A DNA stretch of 64,000 nt from an uncultured Actinomycetota bacterium (GCA_963717245.1 CAVQVV010000003.1:25677-89676), one strand, 5' to 3'. Shown: positions 37,059-48,172, numbered from the stretch's first letter. Notes: generated from the sequence alone by a model not told the origin. Numbers and translations: made by a program.

Positions 37059-38301
37059 CTAACCAGTGTGGCGATCTATGGTTGATCTAGGCTGTGCGGG
37101 TTTGGGTCCCAGTTGTGGACCACTTGTGGGCACTGCGAGGTGTTTCGAGAGCAACGTGGCCGCGTTGGAGACGGAGTCCCGGTCGGGGTGTAGGTACCTC
37201 TGGGTCGTGGTGAGTGACCCGTGTCCAGCGATTTTGCGGAGGTGGTGGATGGGTATCCCTGCGTCGGCCATCCAGGTCAGTCCAGTGTGCCGGAGATCGT
37301 GTCGCCGGAGGTGTTCGTGACCGAGCTTGGTCACGACTTCATCCCACGACGTCGCGTCCCGTAGCACGGCTGTGGTGATCCGGCCACCGCGGGGACCGGT
37401 GAACAGTCGTGCGTCGGGGGTCGCCGTCCGTCGAGGCGATCCTCCTCAGTGTGAGTTCGTGAATCTCTGGGATCAGGGGTACGGCGCGGGCCCGCTTGCC
37501 TTTGGTGCCTTTGTCGACCAGGCCGCCGGGCGAGGGTGTCGTTTGGCGTCGGACGGTCCATACCCAGTCGGTGGTGTTGATGTCTTTCACGCGGCAGCCG
37601 GAGACCTCTCCGATCCGGGCGGCGGTGCAGGCGGCGAAGGTGACGACGTCGCCCCACACGGCGTGATTACCGAAGGTGTTGGCTACCAGGGCGGCGGCGA
37701 GCTGCGTCAACGCCGACCAGTTCGGCAGTGCAAGCGAGCGCGGGTCGTCGAGCTCATCTTCAGCGCGCAGGTACTCTCGCTGCCACCCGGTGATACGGGC
37801 AGGGTTGCGCTCGATGATGCCGTCTCGCACGGCTTGCTCCATCACCCTCACTAGAATGGCGAGGCTGTTTTTGACGGTGGATTTGCCGCACTCGTCGGCG
37901 ATCCAGCCGTGCACGGCGCGGTCAACCGCACCATTGGTGATCATCCGTATTGGTAGGTACCCAAGGGTGGGAACCACTCGTAGTTTCCAGCCGGCCCGGT
38001 AGGGATCGGTGGTTTTGGCCTCCAGCCCGCGCAGCGCCAAGAGCATATTCAGTTCGCCGTACTCTGCGAGCGTCATAGTTGCTGCGGCTGGCCCGACGCC
38101 CCCTGCCGCGGCCTTTCTCAGTTCGTTCACCCATGCGGTGGCCGCCTCAGTTGTCTCGTGTGAGGTCGATATGGACCGGCGACGCCCGGTCTCGGGATCG
38201 GTCCACCGAACACGGGCGCGGTAGGGCGTCGGCCGGTCCGCCAAGTACTCAATGTCGCCCGCAAGGGATTCGCCCATCGGTGGTTGCTTGCGACGCGTCA
38301 T
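37059..38301 (-). pseudogene. int: Tyrosine integrase with one frameshift near 37340-37420
   Basis: The N-terminal 300 aa lie in ORF 37339..38301 (...AARIGEVSGCRVKDI...). The catalytic C-terminus lies in ORF 37059..37367 (HDLRHTGLTWMADAG...LRKIAGHGSLTTTQRYLH). Confidence 0.85.
37114..37131 (+). repeat. Arm-type repeats TGTGGAC/TGTGGGC (left arm of element C)
   Basis: tgtggaccacttgtgggc, within the last codons of int. Confidence 0.55.
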
Positions 38302-38395
38302 TCAGCACTCCCGATCACGGAATCGAGGTGAGACTCGCGGCCGACTCGGTCGGTTTCGATGGCGTGGGTGGTGTCCATCCGAGCGGTGGTGTGGC

Positions 38396-38523
38396 GGGTT
38401 GTCTCCTCGCGGCGCCCCTGCGGGGCTGCCGGGCGGTGGGTCCGGAGTGCAAGGGTGGTGTGTCCCTTGCGCGGAGCGGCCCGCCGTCTGGCAGGGCTTG
38501 TCCGCGCCGCGAGGAGACAACCC
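38396..38523. repeat. 128-nt rod-like hairpin upstream of int (copy 1)
   Basis: A 20-bp perfect outer stem gggttgtctcctcgcggcgc / gcgccgcgaggagacaaccc encloses nested pairings (ccctgc/gcaggg, tccg/cgga, gcaaggg/cccttgc). The identical sequence recurs at 49354-49479. Confidence 0.8.
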
Positions 38524-38768
38524 GCCCGGTGATCTTCCCCTGCTCTCCGAAGTGGTGCCGGGGTTCGGGGCAGCGCCCCGGCCGCCGGAGGCCCCGGCCC
38601 CTTGGGGCCGGTGGATGTGGGTTGTTCAGGTGGAACAAATGTTCCAGCTGATAACGCGAATCCGGGGTTCTGTCGGGGGTGCTTGGCATAGTCGGTGTTG
38701 TGGAATGGACTTGGGGTGTGCCGGACTGGGTGTGGTGGCCGATGGTGGATGTTTGTGACTTGCGTTGG

Positions 38769-39296
38769 ATGGCCTACCGGGAGTGGATGGATAGAAAGAC
38801 GTCCTGGTCGGGTGGTGTGCTCGGGGCGATCGCCTGGGTAGTAGGGGATGGTGCGGGTCCGATCACCGGGCGTGGTGAGCGGCCGGTGACGGAGTACCTC
38901 GCGCTCGCGGAGCGAGCGGCAGCGCGGGGGGCAGGTGCTGACCCTTTGCATCAGCGGCAGGCGGCGGCGGTGAACATGGTGCAGTTCGGGGAGGCGTACC
39001 GGACGCCGAAGGTCAGTGACCAGGAGTTCGCGCTGGGTGCTGGGAAGACTCTGATCTGGTTGCTTCGCGAGGATTTGGAGGCGCCGTTGTCGTTGCCGGT
39101 GCGCAACGATGACGGGAACATCCCGACCGTGGCGGAGGCCTATGAGCGGGATGTGGAATTCGCGGCGATGATGCGTCAGGATCTGGGGCCGCAGGCGCGG
39201 CGCGCGCTGTGGGAGGAAGCTGAACGCAACGTGCCCTGGTGGCAGGAGCTGGCGGCTCAGGTAGAGGACGCCAGGCGCCGCGCGGAAGCGACCTGA
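38769..39296 (+). CDS. Hypothetical protein
   Basis: ATG at 38769 within ORF 38679..39296. High GC3, no motif. Confidence 0.45.
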   Translation: MAYREWMDRKTSWSGGVLGAIAWVVGDGAGPITGRGERPVTEYLALAERAAARGAGADPLHQRQAAAVNMVQFGEAYRTPKVSDQEFALGAGKTLIWLLREDLEAPLSLPVRNDDGNIPTVAEAYERDVEFAAMMRQDLGPQARRALWEEAERNVPWWQELAAQVEDARRRAEAT

Positions 39297-39405
39297 GCGC
39301 TCCGTCTCCCGCAGGTCGTCGTGTTGGATGCCGATGTTGTCGGTGGGCCGGTCGAGTTCGGTCTGACAGGCGAGTTCCCGAGTCGTGTTCGACCGGTTGT
39401 CAGGA

Positions 39406-42400
39406 TTAGGCATGGGGACCTTCCGGGGTCAGTTCGGGCACGGTGCGGCCGGTGGCGTGATCGTGGGTGTGTTGTTGGTGGGTGGTTTGGTCGTCGGTGT
39501 GCCAGCGGGCGAGTTGTTGGGCGCGGGCTTGTTCAGCGGCGTGGCGTTGTTCGTCGGCTTGGCGTTGGCGGGTTTCGGCCAGGGCGCGTTGGGCGCGGGC
39601 GAGGTTGTCGGCGGTTTCTTCGGCTGACGGAACCCGGACTGCATCGTCTTCAACTCGTTCCGGCTCGGCCGCGGCGACGTCGCGGATGTCGGGCGGGGGT
39701 GTCTCCAACCTGGGACTGTGTTCGGGAGTGGGGACTTCCGCGACTGGCGGGGTGGTGTCGGCGAGTTCGTGTTCGTGGATTTCGCGGTGGGGGTCTTCGG
39801 TGTGCATGGCGGCGGCGTGGTGGGCTAGCCATTCCTCTCCGGTGGTGGGGGTGTCGGTGGGTGGTTTGTTGGCGTGGCGGTTGGCGAGTTCGGCGGTGGC
39901 CCGGTCGGCGTTGACGCGGGTCATCGCGGTGTGCGCCCGGTGCAGCGCCCACACCTCGTCGATCTCCGCGAGCTGTTCGACCTGGTTGTCGAGGAGGTCG
40001 GCGAGCGCGGCCGCGTCGGCGGCCTCCTGGTGGAGCCGACCGCGGGTGTCGGGGTCGGTGGCGGCGTGGGCTTCGGCGGCGCGCAGGGTGGCGGTTTGCC
40101 GGTGTCTGGCGGCGGCTTGGGTGGTGCCAGCGAGCTCGTTGACCACTCGCGGTGGTGCCCAGGCTTGTTCGCGTTCCCAGGCCCGGATTCGTACCCGGAG
40201 CTGCCCGTCACTCATGTGCATTTCGTCGCTGTCGGCGTCAGGGCGTCCGAGTGCGCGCCAGGAGGCGCGGTAGGAGGCGTATGCCTCCAACTGCCCGGGT
40301 TTGGGTGGCGGCCCGATCGGGTTGACGGGGTCGTGGTGGTCGGTGAGTTCGCGGTGCGCGGCGACGAGCCCGGCCCGCTCTCGCCAGGCCCGCTGCTGCT
40401 CGGGGTCATCAGGTAGCGGCCCGAACGCATCGGTGGCCCACACCGGCTGCTCATCGACGGTTTGGGCGCCGAGCTCGCGAGCACGGTTGTCCGCGGTGGC
40501 GGAGAGAACGGTGAGCAGACGTTGGTGATCAGGGTTGTCGACTGCGGGCGTCCAGTCGGTGAAGGCGTCACCGACTGGATCCAGGGACAGCGCCGGGTTG
40601 GTGGTGATGCGGGTATGGATGACGTTGGTGAGCTGTCGGGCGTCACCGAGTGCGCGTTCGGTGACCGCGTCGCGGAGGACTTGGCGGGGGTCGTGGCCGG
40701 CGAGCTCTGCGCGGCGCAGGACCCGGTTAAGGGTGGCGGCGCCGTCTTCGGCGGCCATCCGGGTCCGCTGGGTGGGGGTCAGATGCCCGGCGTCGACGAG
40801 CTGGTCTAGCCAGCCCGCGGTGCGCCCGGCGGTGGCCTCCGCGGCGAACCCGGACATCAGCTCGACCGCGGTCCGCACCGAGTTCACCTCAGCGAGTGAC
40901 TCAGCGATGCTAGTCAGGGCGCTGTGGTCCGGGTCGGATCGTTCGAACGCCATCGCGAGGACCGCGGCGGGGGTGCGGTGCACCGCGTCGTGTACCGCCC
41001 CGGGGGCGGGGTCGTGGTCGGGGATGGTTTGGGTGGCGACGTGGGCGGTGTTGGTGTGCTGGCCGCGGGTCATCGCCATGTAGAAAGCGGCCCGGCTCGT
41101 GTTGGGGGTGGTCAGGTTGTGCGTGGTGCCCACGGTGACGCCTTGGATGGAGTACTCGGTCGCGGCGTAGCCGAGCTCGATGTGCTCGGCGACGTAGTCC
41201 CGGGGCAGGGTCATTTTCTCCCCGTGTCGCTCCTCCCCGTCCGGGCCGCGACCCAGCACGGGGACCAGGCTGCCGTCGTCGCGGTGGCCAGCACGCGGTA
41301 CTGCGCTCGGTTGATCGGGCCGGTGCGGTTGCCCTCGTAGCCGACGAGGTGTCGGCCAATGCGGCGGGCTTGGACCAGGTCGTTGACGCCGGCGTAGTTG
41401 CCCTGGACGCCCACCGGTACCGATCCGGTCTCGTCGACTAGGCTGAGGCGGATGAACTCGGCGCGCAGCTTCGCTGACATCCGGGCGGCTTGTTCGTTGG
41501 AGTTGACGGTCAGCAGGGCGTGTTGCCCGGTGAGGGTGTCGGCCAGCCACGCTTTCGCGGCGGAGTCCTCGGCCGCCTCGATCGTGCCGGCGTCGATGAG
41601 CCGCCCATGCTTGTGATACTCGCCCAGCACGGTCTCGTCCCCGGCGCGCAGCCGCAGCGACGCGTCGCGTTCCCATTCGTGGGTGAAGCGGCGGGCCTCG
41701 GCCAGCTCATACGACGCGCCGGCGCCGACGATCAGTTCCATGCCGCCCCCGGCGCCGATCGCGGTCATCTGGCGGTGGTCGCCGGTGAGTAGCCATTTCG
41801 CCCCGGTGGCGGTGACGTGGGCGTGGACCGCGGCCAACGCTTTGGTGTTCACCATTGAGGACTCGTCGACCATCACCAGGTCTCCGGCGGACAGCCGCCA
41901 CTCGTGGTCATCCCCAACCGGGCGGCCGGCGGACAGCCGGTCCTGAATCGCAAGCCAGCGGGAGATGTTGCGCGCGGCGAGGCCTTCGCCTTCCAGGACA
42001 CCGGTGGCTTTCTCAGTGGTAGCCAACCCCACCACCCGCCTTTGCTGCCCGTCCCACAGGGCCGGGTCTTGCCAGGCGTGGGCCAACACGCCCGTGACGA
42101 ACGATTTCCCGGTCCCCGCCGGGCCGACCAGCGACTCCACACACGCCCCCGAGCTAAGGACCCCGCGGACCGCGGCGGCCTGATCCGCCCCGAGCTCGAT
42201 CCCATCCTTAGCTAACGCGGCCAGGAAGGCGTCCACGGCCGCGGTCGACAACGCGGGTGCGCCCCCGCGGGCGGCCGCCTCGACGAGCACCCGCTCGGTG
42301 TGAATGTGCTCGGCAGTGGCGTACCTTGCGCCGCCGGGCGCCTCCCAGGACGACTTCCCATTCGCCAACCGATGGGAGTCGGGGATCGCGTCGGCCCAGG

Positions 42401-43793
42401 GTTTGGTGGCGTCCAACGACTGCACCAGGGTCAACGCCTCGGCTGTCAGCCCGTCGACCAGCGCGGCGACCTGCCGTCCGTCAAGCCCATCCAGGTAATC
42501 GGGTAACGCGTTGTTGATCTCCCGGGCGAGGTCGGCCTCGGTCCATTTGGTCTTGCGGTCCTGCACGGCCGCGATCGCCGTCTCAATCACCGCGATCCGT
42601 GACCACGTCTGTGACTCGACGGGCTTGCTGGCCAACGCCACCACCGTCTGGGCGACGGTCGCGAGATCGGCACCGGTCGCGGCGAACGACTCCCGGTCCA
42701 CCCGCCGCAGGAACTCCTCCTGGGTCTCCCCGGTGTGCGACTTCGCGGGTCGGGTCTTGTCACTGGCTTGCCGGTACAACCGGTCCAGCGCCTTGCCTTT
42801 CGGTGCCCGCCCGTTGACCGCCTCGTACGCCGCGGCTAACTGCGCGGTCTTCGGGGTGATTTCCCTGCGTCGGGAGCTGACTGCCTCGATCAGTTCCCGG
42901 GCGATCCCCAGGACCTCGCGGGCTTTGCCGTCCGGGCGCATCGCCACCCGGGCCGACATCGACCGGGTCAGGTGCTTCCCGGTGGTCCGTTCTGCCACCG
43001 CCGCGGCCGCCGGCCGCCACCGGTGGATCCCCCGCGAGTCCAGCGTGCGGATTTCCCCGTCGGAGCATTCAACCCGGTTCAGAGCGGTGTTGTGAATGTG
43101 CAGGTGCGGGTCGTGATTACGGGAGTCGTGCTGAAAGAAGCTTGCGACGGTCCAGCCGTGGGCGTCGATGAACCGCCCCTCGGCGCCGCCGTGGTGCCCG
43201 ATCCTCGAATACCCGGCGTGCTCGGCGAAGTAGTCCAACATCGCGTTGTTGCCCGCCCAGACCGCATCCTCGACCGCCGTGCGGTGCGCGCCCCACATTT
43301 CCGCGGCCTCTAGGTCCCCGGCCTTGCGGGCGGTGACCTCCCGGGCCTCGAACGCGGTGTGCAGGACCGACATTGACTTCGGCACGCTGTAGGTCAGGTC
43401 CAGAAACGCGACGTTGTGCCGGGCCTGCTTGGTGGCGTCCAATCGGAGTTCATCGCGGCGTTCAGCGTCGGCGTCGGGTTCAGCGTTCAACGCTGCCGCG
43501 TACAACTCCTCCGCAGTCAGGTAGCGCCGTCCGGTGTGGCCCAGGGTGTCGGCCTCGGGCCACTTCTCGGGGTCGGTGAAACGCTCATCGCGCGGATCAA
43601 CGAAATGCGCATAGACCGCGCGCATGTCCTGTGCGTCCACCAGACCCGACAGGCCCAGCGCGGCGGCCCCGCTGCCGTACCAGCGGCCGGGCGGCTCGCC
43701 CTCGGCGACCGCGCCGGTGTAGTAACCCTCTCGACCGGTGGCTACCGCGTCGAGGTAGTAGTCCACGGAATGCCCCGGAGCAATCGTTAGCAT
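39406..43793 (-). pseudogene. MOBF-type (TrwC/TraA-like) relaxase fused to a RecD-like helicase, one frameshift near 41280
   Basis: The N-terminus MLTIAPGHSVDYYLDAV...GRWYGSGAAALGLSG is the TrwC relaxase signature, with HDSRNHDPHLHIHN as the His triad. Helicase Walker A is GPAGTGKSF. The sequence continues in ORF 39406..41676 (EYSIQGVTV, AFYMAMTRG). Confidence 0.85.
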
Positions 43794-43796
43794 CGC

Positions 43797-44051
43797 TCAC
43801 CAACCCCTAACACGATCAACGCGGGTGGTTTGGGTTCGGCGGCGGGCGCCAGCCCGCACGCCCCATCGGATCGTGATGCCTCGGTGCGCTCCTGACTTTC
43901 GATCTTGATTGTGGCTTGTTGGTTGAAACTTCCTCGTCTGATTTCTTGGCCTGGTCTTGCGTTCTGAACTACTGGGGTTTGATCCTCGCTTTGGACTTCT
44001 GGTCGTCGGTTTTGCTGCTCGGTAGGTGATCTTTTGGTAGTTGCTGGTCAT
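43797..44051 (-). CDS. Possible very basic low-complexity 84-aa protein between the HTH gene and the relaxase
   Basis: Its ATG overlaps the upstream stop (ATGA at 44048-44051), and its stop lies 3 nt before the relaxase ATG. The composition is atypical (A-rich), and the stretch may instead be non-coding (oriT region). Confidence 0.25.
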   Translation of the reverse strand: MTSNYQKITYRAAKPTTRSPKRGSNPSSSERKTRPRNQTRKFQPTSHNQDRKSGAHRGITIRWGVRAGARRRTQTTRVDRVRGW

Positions 44052-44476
44052 CGGTTGGTCCTTGTCTCGGTTGTGGTTGTTGCGGTTGTGGTCTGCGCTT
44101 GCTGGGCGCGGAGGTCTTTGAGGGCGGTTGCGGCGGTGCCTCGGGCGACTTGGGCCAGCGCCATCAGTTCCGAGACGGTGGGGAGCTGCCCGTGCCGGGT
44201 GGCGTGGCCGGTGGCGGCGGTCTGCGCGCGGACCCGGGCGGGTGCGGAGTCGCGTGCTGCGGGTGCCCGTACAGCCGAGTCCGTCGCGGCAGCGGCTGGG
44301 TGTTCACTGGCCCGTTCAATCGGTGTGCTGGTCAACGGCTGTACAAGCTGACGCGGCGTCGGTTGAACAGCGGGTCGATTGGCGGGCGGTGGAGTGCTGG
44401 CCGGTGTCGTTAGGACCGCGCGCTCGGCGACCGGTGGCGGTGACGTCAGCGCGGGAGATGGAGCCGTCGCGGGCAC
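44048..44476 (-). CDS. Pro/Ala-rich protein with a C-terminal HTH
   Basis: 142-aa ORF. LPTVSELMALAQVARGTAATALKDLR is an HTH-like segment. Confidence 0.5.
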   Translation of the reverse strand: MPATAPSPALTSPPPVAERAVLTTPASTPPPANRPAVQPTPRQLVQPLTSTPIERASEHPAAAATDSAVRAPAARDSAPARVRAQTAATGHATRHGQLPTVSELMALAQVARGTAATALKDLRAQQAQTTTATTTTETRTNR

Positions 44477-44520
44477 CGGCAGCTCCTGGGGCGCGGACCG
44501 GCCGCGGTACCCTGCCCGGT

Positions 44521-44865
44521 ATGGGCGTACTTGATCCTGACGATCCGCGGCCGCCGTACCGGCAGGTCACCGACGTGATCCGGTCCGGTATCGAGTCCGG
44601 CAACCTAGCGCCGGGGGAGCAGCTCCCGAGCCTGCAAGCTCTCGCCGGCGAGTACGGGGTGTCGGTCGGCACCGTTAAGAGCGCGCTGGGCGTGCTACGC
44701 GATCTCGGCCTGGTCGTGAGCAGACAGGGCAAGGGCTCATATGTTCGGATGCGGACAACCGAGGTCGGCAAGCCACCGCCCGATGAACTGGCCGACCTAC
44801 GGGTAGCCCTCGACCATCTGGCCGAAAGGGTCGACGAAGTGGAGAGACGGCTCACGGACCGGTGA
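44521..44865 (+). CDS. GntR-family winged-helix regulator (short, KorSA-like position)
   Basis: PPYRQVTDVIRSGIESGNLAPGEQLPSLQALAGEYGVSVGTVKSALGVLRDLGLVVSRQGKGSYV is the canonical GntR N-terminal domain. Confidence 0.8.
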   Translation: MGVLDPDDPRPPYRQVTDVIRSGIESGNLAPGEQLPSLQALAGEYGVSVGTVKSALGVLRDLGLVVSRQGKGSYVRMRTTEVGKPPPDELADLRVALDHLAERVDEVERRLTDR

Positions 44866-45071
44866 CGGCGTACGGTGGTGGCCCGGTGTGCCGGAGTTGC
44901 TGTGCTCACACCAGGAAGGATCGTCGCTCTACGTGACTAGCCACAGTGCGACGAACGGTGCGACGTGAGGCAACGGTGACATCACCGCATCACCTGAGCC
45001 GCACTCCACATGTCACCGCTATCAGTGACACAGTGGACCCGTAAGCCACAGATGCGGGGTTAGGGGCAGAT

Positions 45072-46304
45072 ATGAGTGAGGACCAACCGGCGTGGGCGCA
45101 ACGCATCCGCGCGATGCGAGAAGCGCGCGGATGGTCTCAGGCGCAAGCGGCCGAGGAAATGCGGAGACACTCCGACAGGCTCCTGCCAGATCCCGACAAT
45201 CTCACCCGACGCTGGAAGGCGTGGGAGCTTGGCGAGAACAAGCCAAGTAACCACTACGCGCCTATCATCGCCGCGACCCTCAACACTGTGACGAATGCTC
45301 TATTCCCACCACCAGATAAATCGGCAGCTGGGTTGGATCTGCTTCGCGCAACAGGGATGGACACGTTAGAGATCGTAAGCAGGCTCGACGCGTCGGATGT
45401 CAATGACGCAACCTTAGAGGCCTTACGGATCACCGTCGACAAGCTTTGTTCGGACTACGCGAGGCAGCCGCCGTTTGATCTGATTACCGAAGGCCGGCAG
45501 TGGCTCCGGCGGCTCGTTGAGATGCAAGAACAGCGGCTCAGCTTCCGGCAACGCAGGGAGACGCTGGAACTCGCCGGTTGGCTTGCGCTGCTGGTCGGGT
45601 GCCTTGAGTACGATCTCGGCGACCGGCGAGCCGCGGAAGCGACGAGGCAGGCGGCCCTCAACCTTGGTAAGGAGGTCGGGAGCACTGGAGTCCTTGGCTG
45701 GGCACACGAGATGCGATCGTGGTTCGCACTGACGTCGGGGGACTACCGGGGTGCTGTCTTGGCGGGCGAAGCGGGGGAGTTGGCCGCTGGCAAGCACGGT
45801 GTGTCAGTCCAGCTCATTGCGCAACACGCAAAGGCGTACGCTCGCATGGGCAAGCGTGAAGAGATGCAGGCCACACTAGAGCGTGGCAGGTTAGCTCTGG
45901 AGAGCATGCCATACCCAGAGAACGTGGATAATCACTTCGTTGTGGATCCATCGAAGTATGACTTCTACGTGATGGATTGTTACCGCCACGTCGGGGAAAA
46001 TCGACTGGCACGGGAGCTGTCGAGCGAGGTTATCCGGGCTAGCACCGACTTTAACCGTAACGAGCGCTGGCCGATGAGGATTGCGGAGGCGCGGATCACC
46101 CTTGGTGTGGTCGCTGCGCGGGAGGGTGATCTAGAGGAGGCTGTCATGAGGGGGCGGCAGGCGATATCGGGGGATCGGAGGTCCCTACCGTCCTTGGCGA
46201 TGGTGTCGCAGGATTTGGCTCATGTGCTGTCCGAGCGATACTCACGGGAACCAGAAGCTGGCGCGTACCTAGAACAGCTCCGCGCGATCCAGCGGCCCGC
46301 GTGA
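45072..46304 (+). CDS. XRE-family HTH regulator with a TPR-like C-terminal domain
   Basis: AQRIRAMREARGWSQAQAAEEM is an HTH, followed by a long helical repeat region. Confidence 0.8.
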   Translation: MSEDQPAWAQRIRAMREARGWSQAQAAEEMRRHSDRLLPDPDNLTRRWKAWELGENKPSNHYAPIIAATLNTVTNALFPPPDKSAAGLDLLRATGMDTLEIVSRLDASDVNDATLEALRITVDKLCSDYARQPPFDLITEGRQWLRRLVEMQEQRLSFRQRRETLELAGWLALLVGCLEYDLGDRRAAEATRQAALNLGKEVGSTGVLGWAHEMRSWFALTSGDYRGAVLAGEAGELAAGKHGVSVQLIAQHAKAYARMGKREEMQATLERGRLALESMPYPENVDNHFVVDPSKYDFYVMDCYRHVGENRLARELSSEVIRASTDFNRNERWPMRIAEARITLGVVAAREGDLEEAVMRGRQAISGDRRSLPSLAMVSQDLAHVLSERYSREPEAGAYLEQLRAIQRPA

Positions 46305-46621
46305 CAGCGGGCCGGGCGTGACGCCTACGAGTCAAACGGCCCCCTCCTGTCGCGACCGCGAGCCTCCACGCCAGCCGCCCACCACTGGCCCCCTCGCCCT
46401 GGCGGTGATCGCCTTACCCCAGCCGGCGCCCGTCAACGGCGAACCCGCGCGGGGACCCCCTACCCCGCACGGAACCGTCGCTGTGCGACCGCTACGTGGC
46501 CCTTGACAACCACCACCCGGGGCAAAGGGCCGCCTGGTATCCGGGTGAGGGGGATAGGGCGGCCAGACACCCCAGCCGCAGTCAGCAGGGTCCGGCGGGA
46601 CTGCGTGATGCGGGACCTGTC

Positions 46622-46640
46622 TGTGGACCATCTGTGGACC
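46622..46640 (+). repeat. Arm-type repeats TGTGGAC x2 (right arm of element C)
   Basis: tgtggaccatctgtggacc, about 95 nt left of att copy 3. Confidence 0.6.
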
Positions 46641-46735
46641 GCCACGTCGGCGGCTGCAGCGGCCACCCTGCGACTTATGAGCACTGAGAAGTTACTGACA
46701 TCGCTGTTTTCGCAGCTCAGGGCGTTGCCGCAGAT

Positions 46736-46778
46736 CTGGGGGTTGAGGGGTGGCAGGTTCGAATCCTGTCGTCCCGAC
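46736..46778 (+). repeat. att core copy 3 (40/43)
   Basis: ctgggggttgaggggtggcaggttcgaatcctgtcgtcccgac, with three substitutions relative to the tRNA. Confidence 0.85.
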
Positions 46779-46858
46779 GGTCGTAGGAAGCCCGTTGGTT
46801 CTAGTGATTATCCCAGGTCAGAGGGATTCTCATCCTGTGTGGTGGCCTCGTTGTCGAT

Positions 46859-46912
46859 CTAGGCTGCGCGGGTATGGGGACCATCTGTGGACACCGCGAG
46901 GTGTTCGATGGG
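46859..46912 (-). pseudogene. Integrase 3'-terminal remnant
   Basis: The minus-strand reading ...PIEHLAVSTDGPHTRAA-stop parallels the C-terminus of the element C integrase. Upstream of it lies an in-frame stop and unrelated sequence. Confidence 0.5.
46877..46893 (+). repeat. Arm-type repeat TGTGGAC (left arm of element D)
   Basis: ggggaccatctgtggac. Confidence 0.55.
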
Positions 46913-46916
46913 CTAC

Positions 46917-47431
46917 GACCACAAGAGCAGGCGGGGTTGCTCCAGCTACCAAACACCACACAAGGCCCGGGAGCTGCCGGTTTACATTGAGGTGCAGATC
47001 CGAGGCGACAACAACTCCGGCATTCCGGGCGGTGAGGACTTTCTGTAGGTCTTCAAGCCGGGCCGACACGGCCCGGATGCGCCGCTGCTGCATCCGGCCA
47101 GCGCTCGCTCCCGCTCCGCTCCGCGAGCGCGCCGGGCGGCTGGCGCGCGACACGAAGGCCTGGTAGGGGTCGTGGTAGTTGCGTCCGGGAGAGGGAGGCG
47201 CGCATTGTGCGGAGCCGCCCCCAGCGTCAAGCCCGCTGCGCGTCCCGATCCGTCCGGCCCCTCCGCGCATCGATATCTGAGCAATGATCGTCACCGTGGC
47301 AAGTGGGGCACGTCCGGAGGGGCCGGACGGATCGGGAGTAAACGGCCTGACCCCGGGGCCCCTACGACTCCTCGGCCGGCTACCTACGGCAGGCCAGGGG
47401 CCTGCCGTAGGTGACACGCGCCCCTCCCTCC
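46917..47431 (+). repeat. 0.5-kb hairpin-rich module, copy 2
   Basis: Collinear with 24478-24991. It has a perfect 23-bp stem (47243-47265 / 47315-47337, 49-nt loop) and a 14-bp stem hairpin at about 47383-47413. A 46-codon ORF (46908-47048) covers its 5' part. Confidence 0.8.
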
Positions 47432-47701
47432 GTTCGCAAAGCGTTTGACCGCCAAGGCTGCGCCCCTTCCGAGCCGAGAGCCGCCACCCTCGGAAACATC
47501 CGCGTAACACCTAGGGACTCAACAAAAAAGCACAAACCGGACGGCGGTACGGTGCGCGTGTGTTTGCACGTGCAGCGAAATTGCGGGCCGAGCGAGATTG
47601 CATCTTGCGTACACTCCGCAGTAACGATGGTGCATCGTCGCTGTCCGTAGCCTGCGTGTACAGTCTCTCGACTACGCGCTTCCTCGGGGGGAGTCTAGAC
47701 C

Positions 47702-48172
47702 GTGATTGGCAAGAAGTGGTCTCGTGAGACGTCGCCGTGCCATGTCCGGGCGTTGACCGCCACAGCGGTGCTGAGTCGACCTCAGCTCAACACGACAGTG
47801 TGCACGGTAACTGGAACGTTGCATACGGGCACAACGCCGGTTCTGAGAGATGCGCTGGTCGAGGCACAGCATGACGACAACGCCCACCTCGTAATCGACC
47901 TATCCACTATTAGATCTATGGATATTGATGCGGCCGGCCTGCGCACTCTTCTCGAAGCTCGTTATACGCATGACATTAATGGCGGCGGCCTGATGGCAGT
48001 CGTAGTCGACTCTAATTCTCAAGCCATCTCTGAACTACACATCGTTACACTTGAAGTAACCTTTGACTTGCACCACAACTTGACCGACGCCCTCCACGCC
48101 TGCGCTGTTGCAAACAGTGTCCATACGCCAGATAAGGGAAGGTCAGCGATCGACCGTGTAGCAGTCGTGTAG
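47702..48172 (+). CDS. STAS-domain protein (anti-sigma-factor-antagonist-like)
   Basis: VTGTLHTGTTPVLRDALVEA...HLVIDLSTIRSMDIDAAGLRTLLEA fits the SpoIIAA/STAS pattern. The start is uncertain. Its stop codon lies inside TGTAGCA motif copy d. Confidence 0.65.
   Translation: MIGKKWSRETSPCHVRALTATAVLSRPQLNTTVCTVTGTLHTGTTPVLRDALVEAQHDDNAHLVIDLSTIRSMDIDAAGLRTLLEARYTHDINGGGLMAVVVDSNSQAISELHIVTLEVTFDLHHNLTDALHACAVANSVHTPDKGRSAIDRVAVV

Larger units (their letters stand above)
37005..46735. mobile_element. Element C: integrase plus MOBF relaxase-helicase plus GntR/XRE regulators (mobilizable-element-like, decayed)
   Basis: Bounded by the mini-cores and att copy 3. TGTGGAC arm repeats occur at both ends (37114-37131 and 46622-46640). 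Confidence 0.7.
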
